The notes beneath the pieces were generated by a model. That model worked only from the letters and a program-made list of their open reading frames with translations. It ran no database searches and was not told where the DNA came from. A stretch of 63,771 nt of DNA, counting the filler, from Choristocarpus tenellus KU-1152 (Eukaryota > Protista > Phaeophyceae): NCBI GenBank assembly GCA_964200185.2. It is 10 parts of 10 records of this genome, joined end to end, with 100 filler letters (N's around TTAATTAATTAA, not from the genome) between each part and the next. Parts side by side here need not be neighbours in the genome. Positions count along the whole stretch, not along the records: positions 35,498 to 39,204 come from CAXNAD020018393.1; positions 39,305 to 44,516 come from CAXNAD020011492.1; positions 44,617 to 54,630 come from CAXNAD020003205.1; 7 more parts are not named here. One strand, 5' to 3'. This document shows positions 38,054 through 50,604 of this stretch, piece by piece (position 1 is the first letter of the stretch; each line of letters begins with the position of its first letter). The position numbers and the translations under genes were made by a program.

Positions 38054-40283
38054 TTCGCGTTACACATTCTCGTTCTGTGATTGCATCCTCTGCACCTCCA
38101 TTGTTCCCATCTCATCTTCCTTTTCCTTCCATCCCTTTTCTTCCGCCCAACCTTCTGTCATTTGTTTTTCTTCCTTCCCCCGTTCCTTCCCGTCGTTTCC
38201 CACCGATTCTTCCCACGTTGTCTCATTCCTATCATTCTCGTTCTATCTCCTGTCCGCCATACTCTTGGTTACGAGAGCTTGCTCGGAGGTTGCCTTGGTC
38301 TCCCCTCCTCGTCCTGTACCCCTGATTCTCAGTCTTGTCGTTACTTACTGAACTCTGCTCCTATCCTTTCCCTGGTACTCGTTTCCATTTAACTCTTCTC
38401 CCCTTCCCTAACTATTCATTCTCTTCCTGCTTCCTTCTTTTTCTTTCCACTGCCTACCCTCATCCTGTGCCCCCAGCCAACCAGAATTCTTCCGCCCGTA
38501 AAACTCAGATTACTTCATAAACTTTCTCTTTGTTTTCATGGTTCTTACTCTCATTATTCACTGACTTTTTGCCTCTTTCTTTTCTTGATTTTAGTTTTTA
38601 TTTTATGTATTATTTATTCAGTTCCCATTTTTGTTACCCACATCATCCACTGATTATTTTTCTTTCCTTTCTATTCTATACACCTTTTTTTTCTCCTATT
38701 TTTTCTCCTATTTTTTTCTTCCTACTTATTAATCCCTTTTTTTACTTTTATTTATTTATTATCATTATTATTTGTTACTCTTGTTGGTCCTTCTTTATGT
38801 ACTTATTTATTTAGTTTTCATTGCCTGTTTTGCGCACTAGCACCTTGACTATGATTTGTGCTTGGGGGGCATAGGACAAGCAATACAGTAGGTTACCCGA
38901 TTTTGTTCACCCATGGGCATGCCCGAAAAAAGCGGAACAAAAAATATGTGATACAAAATAAGATTTTGTACCACTTGGTACAAAACCGGGAAATCAATCG
39001 TCGAATTAACTAACAATCGTGGCATTCTTGGGGGGAAATCAATCATGGAATCGACTAATTAATCGTGGTGAGCTAGGAAATGAATCATAAACTTCATGGA
39101 TAGGATGGAAACAATTACGAGCGCTTTTTTTTTATGATGTTTATTTTTTAATGCGCATCTCACGCCTCGCCATAAGGAAAGAGAATACTGTATGTACCTT
39201 CTACNNNNNNNNNNNNNNNNNNNNNNNNNNNNNNNNNNNNNNNNNNNNTTAATTAATTAANNNNNNNNNNNNNNNNNNNNNNNNNNNNNNNNNNNNNNNN
39301 NNNNTATTTTTGTACTGGTCAAGGTTCAGTTAAATGTACATCCCATGCCTTACCCTCCTTCCCCCCCCCCCCCCCTCACCGAAGCCACATATTTCTGGAG
39401 TGTGTAGTTTGCTTTGCTTGAATTTTCTTCCTGGCTGTATAAAAAAATTCATTTAAATTCAGTGGAATTCTTTGTTTAAAAAATTCAATGGCAATGGGAT
39501 AGAAATTTTCTGGTCTTAGGGTTATGGCAGAGGGTTTGGTATGATACTGTGAAGTCAAAATATAAGATTGCCCATTATTGAAGTTTTTCATATTTCATTG
39601 GCATAGCATAGATTGGTTTTGAGAGTCAGCACAATTTTGATGTGTTTAATGCTCCCCCCCTCTCCACCCCCTCCCTAAGAAATACTCCTCCTATTTCTGT
39701 ATCAGTTGTACTTCAACTTCCCTGTCCAATATCAATTGAATGTAACTGAATGTAATTGAATGCATACTTTGGGTTTGTTTAACTTGGCAGGATCGTGCCT
39801 CATTCTCACAAGAGATTCTAACCCACATTTATTTCATAAAACAAATGATATAGGATGTGGGGTTGGGGAGAATTGCACTTGAAGGAATTTTGTAACCGTA
39901 GAAGTTTGTAGCTGTAGAATAGAACATGTGCATACCACATTGAGCAGTTTTTGTATGGGGTATGAGTGCCTTATAGTATTTCCTACCCTGTACAAATGTT
40001 TGATATGTTGACTGTGCTGTTCCTGGAGTGTTTTGAATTGTTGTTGCATGCAATGCCATGGTTTGGATCATTGCAATCCAGGAAGGCAACCTCAACTCCT
40101 CGTGGTGGTATTTATAAATGCACATACGTATGTTTGAAAAAACATACACATATATAATTTTTGTCATGAATGTCTGGTATATTTATATAAATGCATATAT
40201 ATATATATATAATTTTTGCACAAATGCCTTGTATATTTTGGTATAGTTGAAGTCGATCATAGTGCCACCCACAGAAGCCGTTA

Positions 40284-40532
40284 GAGTGAAAATATCTTAG
40301 AGGGTACGATTTTTGTCCATTTGGGGCTTGACTTCCCCTGGTGTTTTCATCATATTTTACCTACTCCGAAATATTTCGGAGTAGGTAAAAGGTATACCTT
40401 ATGAAAAGGTGTGTCCATAACTTGGGTATTGACACTTCCTAACAAATACAACAGTCAAAATTATGTCAAAATTGCAATATCAGATTTGATCCCCAAATGG
40501 ACACGGCTCTACCCTCTAAGATACTTTGGCTC
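40284..40532 (-). mobile_element. MITE family B copy
   Basis: GTTA|GAGTGAAAATATCTTAGAGGGTA...TACCCTCTAAGATACTTTGGCTC|ATTA. Confidence 0.9.
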
Positions 40533-41085
40533 ATTACATTTGTTTGTGTTCCTTTTTTTTTTCTCCAAGAGGAACAGAAATGTTTGGCAATCACACGCGC
40601 ACGCACACACACACACATCACACCGTTTTCTTGGACTATCTATGTGGCTGATTCGAGTTTTGATTGATTTATTTTTATATCAGGGAGCAAGTATCTAATG
40701 TGAGTATATTTTTTGTGAATGTTCACCATAGAGCTATTCATACGACAATTTTTCAACGAAGAAACGCCCGTAGAAAACTGGCTTATTTTTTGTTGTTTTT
40801 GTTTTGTTGTGTAAGAGGCGTGTTTGTGACATGTAGAGGCGAGGAAATTTCGTTTGAAGTCTGCTGCACCTGTAGGTGGCTGGGTGCGTTCTTGTTAACT
40901 CCATTGGAGTGAATTGCTTGATATACATAGCGTTGGAAGGGAAGGAGAACGACTTGTGTGTATTGGAGTAGACATTAGGGTTTAATTGGTGTTTGCCTAT
41001 CTCTGTACCAGCCTTAGGTTGAAGTATATTGCTTTTTCTTGTTTTTCATGAAGTGATTGTTTCTATCCACATGCCTGCTTGGCAG

Positions 41086-41249
41086 TGTATGCATGGTTGT
41101 TCTCGGAGTGGGCTCTACTGGTGATCATCCCGCTGTACCTTTACATGGTAAGGGGATTGGAAGACCTCTCCGATATGGCAAAGGATATTGAAGAGTTGGA
41201 CCACCAAGCACTGACTGAAGACACTGAAAGACGACCTCAGGAGGCTTGA
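41086..41249 (+). CDS. Probable last exon of a membrane protein (possibly Frag1/DRAM/TMEM150-like)
   Basis: CAG acceptor, then YAWLFSEWALLVIIPLYLYMVRGLEDLSDMAKDIEELDHQALTEDTERRPQEA*: a TM helix containing EW plus an acidic tail. The family guess rests only on the EW-helix pattern. Confidence 0.5.
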
Positions 41250-41859
41250 GCTCAACACTGACAATGTAAAACTATACCATACTTAGTTGTTGGTGATTGA
41301 TGAGCCTCTGCTGCCCCTAACCCTAACTACTGTGGTCTTACCTTGTGGTGCCACAAGACCCCGAGGAGAGTCTCTGCCGATTTTCTTGAAACTGTCATAT
41401 TACTGTTGACTGTCCGGTCTCAACCCTAACCTGATATCTGTAGTAGTGTGACAGTTGAACCGTTGTTGGAGTGCCCTCAATTACTACGTGCTCTTTTTTG
41501 GGACATTTGATGTATAGAAGATGAGTGAGGTGATACTGAACTGTGGTACCCTCTGCCTTCTTCGGCGTGTCCCGTTATGGGAACTTTGATTCAGTGCTGT
41601 ACCTGTTTATTGTGACGGAGACTGACCTCATTGGTGTCCACGGTTGGCACGTGTGTGTGCACGTAAAGCACCAACAAGTGGTTTAGCCTCCGGTCACCTA
41701 TCTCAAAGCTTTCGCATTTGAAGGGCACGATTTTTGGGAGTAGATTGTTGGAGGGTCGTGTCATGCAATTGATTGGCAGAAACAACACTTTGCGGGTCGG
41801 CCTTTTGAATGTATCCTTTAACAAGCACCTTGGCACTAAACTGTATTTTGCATAGCACT

Positions 41860-41871
41860 GGCTCAAAGTAT

Positions 41872-41907
<36 letters not shown>

Positions 41908-41985
41908 TTCGGGGGGCAACTTCTTCCAGAAGACGGGGGGGGGCGGGGGGGGGGGGGAGAGGGGGGTTGGGNNNNNNNNNNGTGT

Positions 41986-42050
<65 letters not shown>

Positions 42051-42205
42051 CGGCTGTCCATTTGGGGCCAATTTCTTCCATGTCGCGAGTTTTGGGTAAT
42101 TTCATTGTATACGTCAGATGGATAATGTAAGTGCACTTTTCTTGGTTGTGGGTCAAATGGACACCCTGGTGCAGACCCCCCCCTCCCCCATAGATACTTT
42201 GGGTC
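41860..42205 (+). mobile_element. MITE family A copy with expanded poly-G (spans a 10-N gap)
   Basis: ACT|GGCTCAAAGTATC...AGATACTTTGGGTC|ACT. Confidence 0.85.
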
Positions 42206-42393
42206 ACTCCATTCTGCAATGGATGTCCATTGTAAGTAAGCATGTGCAGTATATTCTGGGTTTTTGTTGGAGTCCAAAGGTTGTGGGGTGATAGAATTGA
42301 TTTGTTGTATGTGCTTGGTGTTTGTGGACAGTGGTGATGGTAATGATAATGATGTTCAAGTGATAATTGTTGTCTCAATCTGTGGTCAACATA

Positions 42394-42547
42394 GAACTGA
42401 CAGGGTATGGATTCGTATATTTAGATGGGCTTGTAGAATTTGAAGTTGGGATGGAAAACAGGATGGTGCTGAACTGACAGGTTATGGATTCATATATTCA
42501 GATGGGCTTGTAGAATTTGAAGGTGGGATGGGAAACAGGATGGTGCT
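42394..42547. repeat. 77-bp tandem duplication
   Basis: GAACTGACAGG.TATGGATTC...AACAGGATGGTGCT occurs twice. Confidence 0.9.
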
Positions 42548-42623
42548 GGCGGTGCATGACTTAAATGTACTGGTTGATGTCTCTCGTGGTGGGTTTGTTG
42601 GCGTGCAGAGGAGACTCTTGATG

Positions 42624-42886
42624 GAGCCAATGTAGGCGAGAGGTGCCCAGGGTTACATTTTAAGGATGATTTTGTGCAAGGTTCGACTTTTTACAAAAAA
42701 TTAAATGCGTGAAGGGACTTTCCTGAATTCTGTCGAAAGGATTAAAAATAATAGAGAAATATTGCTTTCATGTCAATAGTAGGACATCTTCCATCATCGA
42801 AGTAAGTTTGAATCTCAAGAGACGAGAAAGAGTAGTTTAAAATGCAAAACGGTCAAAATCTGGACACTTCTCGTTTAATTTGGATC
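42624..42886 (+). mobile_element. MITE family C copy with ATG target duplication
   Basis: ATG|GAGCCAATGTAGGCGAGAGGTGCCCAG...CTGGACACTTCTCGTTTAATTTGGATC|ATG. Confidence 0.75.
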
Positions 42887-45800
42887 ATGACAACACTGTA
42901 CCACTGCCTTCGAGATTTGAGATCTTGTCTGCTTGTGAAAGCATAGTTCTGTCTTGGAACCAAGCAACAACAGGTTGTTTATTGGAGATTCAAACCAAAC
43001 ATGATCCGAATGAAGGTAGGACCTTGCTTGATTGGTTAAACCCAATCGAGCATCACAACCTGTAGCTCTAGGATCATGTTACCTACTAAAGAGCGAGGCT
43101 GTACTGAACTCCTTGGCAGACACACGTACATTGCGTTGGGGTAGATAGTTTAATTGGTGATTTGTTGGTCATTGATAATAATAATACGTGTAGTATTCCG
43201 AGAAGGTTGCTCAGTCGTTATCAATTTTCGTTGTTCAAGTGTTTTTATGACTAGAACCCCACAGTGATGATTGCGCGACACAGATTCAACCCTCTTCTTC
43301 CCCCTCTTTAGTGACATGTATATATTATGTACTTCACCCCACATTCATTATTTTATTGTATTATTGCTTTTACGTTTAAGTGTTACTTCTAAATTACTAT
43401 TGTTTTTTCCTCTGATATTTTTATTATTATCGCATTTTTTGGAGATTGGTGCAATAAATAGTGATCGAACATGGAGCTTTTAGAGAGTAACCAACAGCCA
43501 ACTCTTACACCAGTAACACCAATTAAAAATGCTGCATTCCTTGCCATGATTGAATTGTGGAATAGAAGTAACGCTTACACTGTAAGGCAAATACGCTGAA
43601 AAAATACATGAACCTCCTTTTCCTCAGTTATTTTTTGTGGTCTGTACTATAGGGCTTATTTTAGATTTCTCAGATGAGGTTGGCTAGACGTCAATCAGTC
43701 ATTCCAAATCGTATTTCTAATCCAAGTACGTAGTATGATCAGCTGTCCCATAAATCTGCGTGTGAAAATGTGTTAACTATATCGAAACAATCGATTCTTT
43801 CAAGTAAGCATACACATCAGATGAGTTTCATTCGCACATAACAGTGGATTTTAAGAATTGAGGATGGAGCTTGTTATTGAGGATGGGTTTGACCGAAAAT
43901 GGTGCGGAAAAAGTACCGATATGTTTTTTTTAAGAAATGTTTCGGCACTTTTTAAGGGCCCCTTTTTGAATGGGAATATATTTGTATTCAAAACTATTTC
44001 GGTGCTTGTGGAGGGTATCACTACGATTCGGAAGCGACCTCGACCAAGCCAAAGGTATAAGGACAGACAGCCCCCCCCCGGGGGGATCCGGTAACGGTTT
44101 TGGTATTCTTATAATAATATGTATGGTACACTACAGATTGTATTATACAATACATACATACATACGTCTTCTTCTATTTTTAGTTATAAATTCTTATTCG
44201 AGTATGCTGTGGTTTAGTACAGGTAAGGGATTGATAGGTCGCATCCACAAAAAAAAACTTACCAAGTCCACAAAGAAGAACGAACAGATGTTTCACTCTA
44301 GACATGCATGAAAAGCTTGTTGTACTTCGTGTATATTTTTGGTTTTAATGGCTGCTATTATCGTGTAATTCTGGCACGATTAGTAGAAAGAAGGAAGGTT
44401 AGTCACAAAGGAGTTAATGCGTTGAGAAGATCTTGTGATCATCTTTCATGTTAGAGGCGGTACGTATGTACGTAGCGGCCAATCTTCATACCAGAGGCGG
44501 CGTCAACCTACCCCTTNNNNNNNNNNNNNNNNNNNNNNNNNNNNNNNNNNNNNNNNNNNNTTAATTAATTAANNNNNNNNNNNNNNNNNNNNNNNNNNNN
44601 NNNNNNNNNNNNNNNNTTTTTTTTTTGTTGATGCTCCCTCCCCCCCCCCCCCCCCCCCCCCCTCCCCCCCCCCCCTCTCCCTCTCCCTCCCCCCCCCCCC
44701 CCCCCCCCCCCCAAATACTTTGAGCCGTATGTGTCCTTGCAGTATTTATGTTGCACAGCGTATATTGAGTAGTAGTTCTACTGCTGCTACTGCTACCTAT
44801 CAGTACTATCTGTACTTTTGTATATGTATCCTCCATCACACGTAACAGAACTCTACTCGCTGCTGCTCATGCAACACTGTAGAGAGAAACAAAGCAGTAT
44901 AACAAAAATATTACCTCCACATTATATGTGCTGTAGTCATACTGCAACACACTAACAATCATATTGCATAGCAGGACCCTATATACACCATTACATGCAG
45001 CACGTTCTTTTACATGGCATGATTTAATTATCACGATCAAAGCAAAACGGCTCGCGCGCACACACACATATGCGTGTCGTTAGAGGTGTTTGCAGTTGAA
45101 GCATCACATTAGAAAGCAAGGAGTAGGAGAGGTAAGTCTGCCTCTACACTGAGTTTTGGATAAAGCAATAGGCATTTCCATTCCAGTCCAAGGATAGAAA
45201 TATTATTACTGCAATAGACACCACCGATGCCTGTGACAAATATGCATCCACTACACACACTATAGTAATAATATAGTTCAGCCTTGCCTTTAGAATTTTT
45301 GAATACTCCTCTGTTCAAATCAAAGTAAGGGTCAGCTGAAACCGCTCCAACAGGAGAACTAAATGCAGCCCCATTTTTGGCCAAAAAAAATAATGTTGGT
45401 TGTTTATTTTGTGTCATCCCAGGAAGCAAACAAAAGAATAAAGCAAGATCGACAAGAAGGTAGGCTATATAGCATGTGGATGGTCATCTGCACTCTTGGA
45501 ACCGACTCCCTTGACCCTTCATTGTAATGCTCTTCTCCATACATGATTATCATTATCTACTAGATAGGTTAAACCTTGACTAGTTCAACTACTCAATCTA
45601 CAAGAATTGATGTAGAATCAAACATAGAACATTACACAAAGAGCAGAAAAATTAGTAGCAGTGATTCTGACTATGCAATGCACAACCAACTAATCAGCCA
45701 AAATAATACACAAGCATGTAGGTAGGGAAATGCACCTAGCATACCTTGGCTGCTGCTGCCTGCCATCGACCACTCCCACACCAAGCTCTGCTACTATCAC

Positions 45801-46653
45801 CTTCATCAAAATATACCTAAAGTATTATATACTGAAATATAGTCCAAGGTGGTACAACATTCCTGCTTGTACTCCTACCAAGAACCAACACATACGTACA
45901 TATACGATTGCCGAGCAAAGCTATATCCACATCCGTAAACAGCTGCTTTTCTAGTAACAGTAAAAAATAAAGACCTCCCACAATGGCAAGGCCCATTCCT
46001 TTTCCTCAACTATCTAACATACAATCCCAGTAGCTGGTCCACTCTGTGAACTAGTCGTTTTCTCAGGCTAACGATAGCTTCATCTGTCAGAAGGAGTCCA
46101 CTATAACACCACAGTAGGCAAGCCTCAACAGCAGCAACTGATGCAGTGAAATCCAGGGCTTGAAACTGCCATTCCACCTCATGATTATCCTCTCCACGAG
46201 GATGACATGACATGCCTGGGAGAGACATGCATTTTGACAGCCCAGTAGTTCATTTACTACCAACCTTTATACCCCATCTATCACAACAGACAGAAATACA
46301 CAAAAATCGTCCATCACACTAGTTACCATACACCGCGATCCATGATTGCCAAGAGCTCTACAGAGAAGAGACTAAACAGGACAGAAGTTGTTGGGCTTTC
46401 AACACAAACAGCACCCCCTGAAAAAACCCCAGATACTTTAGATAATACAAATATAATTTTGACATACTAATATTAGTACGTGTTTACATCAGTCTTCACA
46501 CTGCATGCTACATTGCTACCCTCCAACTGTTCAAAAACTCCTACATCAGGAGCACCAAGCATTCTGAAATGGAGATGTAGTTTACAACAAATATCTCAAT
46601 GATAACAGAACCATCGTCCGAAGGCTCTCATTGTTCTCTTCTCAACCCTTGTC

Positions 46654-47678
46654 CTAACTTCGTCCCACTTTTGTCCTACTTGCCTTCTGTTCAGATTTCG
46701 ACCCATAGAGGGGGTTGACCACACCATAAAACCCTGACACGTCCATCACCTCCTCCTCCTCCTCTTCGTCGTGCTCATAACCAGGATACACATCTGCTAT
46801 TGATGACCTCGAAACTAACATCGGGACAGGTGACTCTGCTATCGATGATCCATTGCTCTTGTCACTCTTTCCCACTCCTTTCTTCCATGACCCCATATTG
46901 TTGTACAGTGGAAGAGAACCAGCGGACAAGCCTGATCGACTACCACTACGGGATGATTTATTATTCATCAACGAAGGCTGAGAGTTACGGGGTGATGACT
47001 GAAAGGCTGCTCCTCGCCCTGAGTATGCTGGGGAGGTAAGGTAACTCTTTGAAGATACACCAAGTGATTGATTTTCTACTTCAGTAATGGAGTTACGCCT
47101 TCCATGTTTGCTCATTCCTCGACGACTGCTTCCTACAGTGCTTGCACCCGGTGTAAGCTCAAGGTCCTCCATGAGGGCATCTTCTCCTTCTAGGTCCTCT
47201 TCAGACGTCCAGCCCATGCTCCGATTTCCACGCCGCTGTCTGTGTTTACGTGTGGTAGGTGCAGCACGCACTTCATTGGTCACCAAGTTGGAACTACTTC
47301 CATCACTGCCGCTTGCAACTGAAGGGGTGTTGAACCTTGAAGTGGCAGAAGTCCCGGCTCTCTTGAGTATGTTCACATGCTTCTGACAGCGATGAGGTGG
47401 AAGCGGGAGAGGGAGAGGAGGGACAACATTAACATTTGTGTGTGCGTGCCAGAGAGGGAAGAGGCGTTACAGGAACATATTACACAAAGGGGAGGCAGCA
47501 CCAAAACAGGGCAAGTTGTTTGTAATACATTTCCCCACTAGATTAATTGTCAGTTCCACAACACCATTTATGGTGCCAGTCAATACAAATCCTAATGTGC
47601 TCAGAGAGTGCTCTGCACTATTATACTGCACACAATCGAATTGATGGGGGGCAGAACATGCAGGAGAGTCACATGGTT

Positions 47679-47713
<35 letters not shown>

Positions 47714-50550
47714 CAACATCCCGTCATAGTTGCTCTTCTTACCTCAAAGCATTCCCATGCCCAGAGCAAAGACCGTGAATGAGCTAAAATTGGTGCAACT
47801 ACTTGTTCTTGACAGAGAGGAATATTCCATTCCCCACTTCCTGCCTGAGCTTGTCTATGCTTCTTGTCAAAAACCTTTTCAAGAGAGGTCTATGAATTAA
47901 AATAAATTCTGACTCCGTCTCAACGACGCATTTTTCAGTCCACTGCCTGAAGTTGTTGCCCAATTCCCTTACAAATTTAGAGGATCAATATACCAAAAAC
48001 CCCTACAGCGTTGGAAATAATGCCCCAACTCAGGGACTGTCACAATACTGAAGCCAGAACTTTTGACAGAAGCAAATGATATATACGTAAGGCATAGAAA
48101 CATCCACTTTTTTTAATTGAACAGCCTGATTTTCTTGATGTACACGTTTTGCTGAAAAATATCCAAGGCCGTTCAGCATCAAAAGATGTGTACCAATGCC
48201 CAAATAGTACCTAAATACCAAAATAAAAACACTGCTTGTAACACCTAAGCTCACAGCCTAAAACAAAAAGAGGTAATATATATGCAACAACGCCAAATTA
48301 AGCTGCAACTCCTACTCAGAACTCAGAACACCATTGGAATTGCATCCCATTTGTATCCTGCACAATACCTATGACATGAATGCAGGGCACACAACCTGTT
48401 GGCGCAGCAGGCTAAAGTCAAAAACATTGGCACAGTAGTAGTCAAATGCAAAATGCATTTATTGTGTCAAATTATTATTATTGTGCTTTGGTGTTGCACC
48501 ATGTAGACCCTACTATTCAAGCTCTCAGCTGGTCTCAGACAGAACTCATAAATATTAGTTAAAAATGACTGATAACTTGAAAGATGACTAACTCTAGATA
48601 AAACTTCGAAGATAAATTTAGATGTAGCTATAGAGATAACTTTTAAGAATCAGATTTTCCACATAGGTCCGGAAACTGCCCATCGCTGCTACTCACATCA
48701 ATCTTTTTGTACTCCTCAGTATACCAAATACCTATCCCTAATCACAAAAAAAATCTATTTTGTGTGTTTAAGAACTATCCTAGATTTTTATACATTTTCA
48801 ATTAAATAGTAGTCTTCACCCACTTCCTCAAATGAATGTCATTCCACATCTCCCAGGAGGTCAGAGTTCCTACTCTCCTACTTCTTCCTTAAGGGATGGT
48901 TTCAGTTTATAGGGTGAGGCGTTATGCGAGCCATAAAAGATTTATAATACAATATGATGTGATACGATATGTATGCGTTGATTCCATCAGTGATACAATA
49001 ACAAAGCATCTTACTCCTCTTTCCATCAACATATTTGGAGGACCAATTAGAGTCAACTAAAATCAGAGGTTTTCCGGATTTGGTTTGTGTAACAACGCCT
49101 GTCAATTTTGAACAGAACTGATGAAAAAGGCTTTTTTTTTTGCAACAACGGTTTTTCAGATACGCTCTCAAGAGAAGGGAAAAGGATTATTCTTACAGAA
49201 AATGAGTTAGGAGGATCTTTACCTAATTCAATGGCAACCCTAAGTAGATGAGGCCCTTCACCTGTTCATTCTTACAATTCTTTTACAGGACCTGGACCCA
49301 AAGGGACCCACCCCCCCAATGTCTACCAACTGGTTCCTGGAACCATGCAATCTCTTCATGATTCAATGACCTAGAACACTTGTCAGCAGTGACGTCTTCG
49401 CATCACCCACCAAAAAATACTACAATTTAAAAAGCACAAGAAACTTACTCCTCCAGCCCCTGCATAGCTTACACTTTAAAAAAAATACTACACCGTCGGG
49501 ATTTACTCAACTACTATTGTAAGTTGCATTGTCATTCACAATCCAACAGGCTTTTTTCATGTGGTAGGAGAAGAGTGAGCCACAGCACATGGCACTACTA
49601 AGAGTAATAACAACACTAATAATAACTACAGCAATGTTTAGATTGATGTAAAAAACCACATAGAAAATCGATTCTTCCAAGCTACAATCATCAACATCAT
49701 CGCCACAAGCGGTGTGTGCAGGGGTACTTCCAGAAGGCCAGAAATGCTCTCAACACTCAACGCCCGAGACATCCAACAAAAACTGAACCACACCAAATCC
49801 AGACCTGCACTCAAAAAACCCAATCACACAAGCTACTCCAGATAGCACCACGCAGGGAGAGGCAAGGACAGGCAATTCCCGTCTCAGATGACACATCCCC
49901 CGAACGCACCTGATCCATATTCTGCAAGTTGCGCTCCATGATCATCACAACCTCCTTTCGGGCCTCATCAAATATAGTGGGTGAATCTGCACTCATGTAA
50001 AGTGTTCGCTGGCGGCATGCTGCTGATATCCCTATCATTTGGTAACCGTCAGGGCGGATGTAGAGGTCCAAGATGCGCATGGTGGCGACCTGCTCAAGGA
50101 AAAAGGACCAACAAAAAGGAGAAAAAAGAAAAAAAGACCGTCCACACCGAAGGGCAACAAACACGACTCAAAACTGTTGTCTCCACAATGATTAATCATC
50201 TCAAAAACAATTATTTGCGGGGTGATGTTGGGACGGATTTGGTAGCTCTCACGTTGGAGGCACAGGAGCACGCCACGCATGCAAAGGCCATTCTATCAGT
50301 CTATATCTATCGGTCTATATCTATCGGTCTATATCTATCAGTCTATATCTATCGGTCTATATCTATCGGTCTATATCTATCAGTCTATATCTATTGGTCT
50401 ATATCTATCGGTCTATATCTATCAGTCTATATCTATCAGTCTATATCTATCGGTCTATATCTATCAGTCTATATCTATCGGCCAAAACATTCACTTTTTT
50501 ACAACGATATCCCCATCCGTCCCCTCTGCCCCTGAACATTGCATACACCA

Positions 50551-50604
<54 letters not shown>

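Noticed and set aside
38038-38814. Hydrophobic Phe/Leu/Pro-rich ORFs as membrane proteins
   Set aside because: Low-complexity pyrimidine-rich antisense of the retroelement leader region.
41591-42378. Long poly-Pro / poly-Gly ORFs (formin- or extensin-like)
   Set aside because: They are translations of the poly-G arm of a family A MITE across an assembly gap.
49221-49262. Possible extra 7TM-RGS exon (CAG|GTGAAGGGC...TAG|GTAAAG on minus strand)
   Set aside because: It ends in an in-frame stop and adds no RGS-like residues; not included without transcript evidence.
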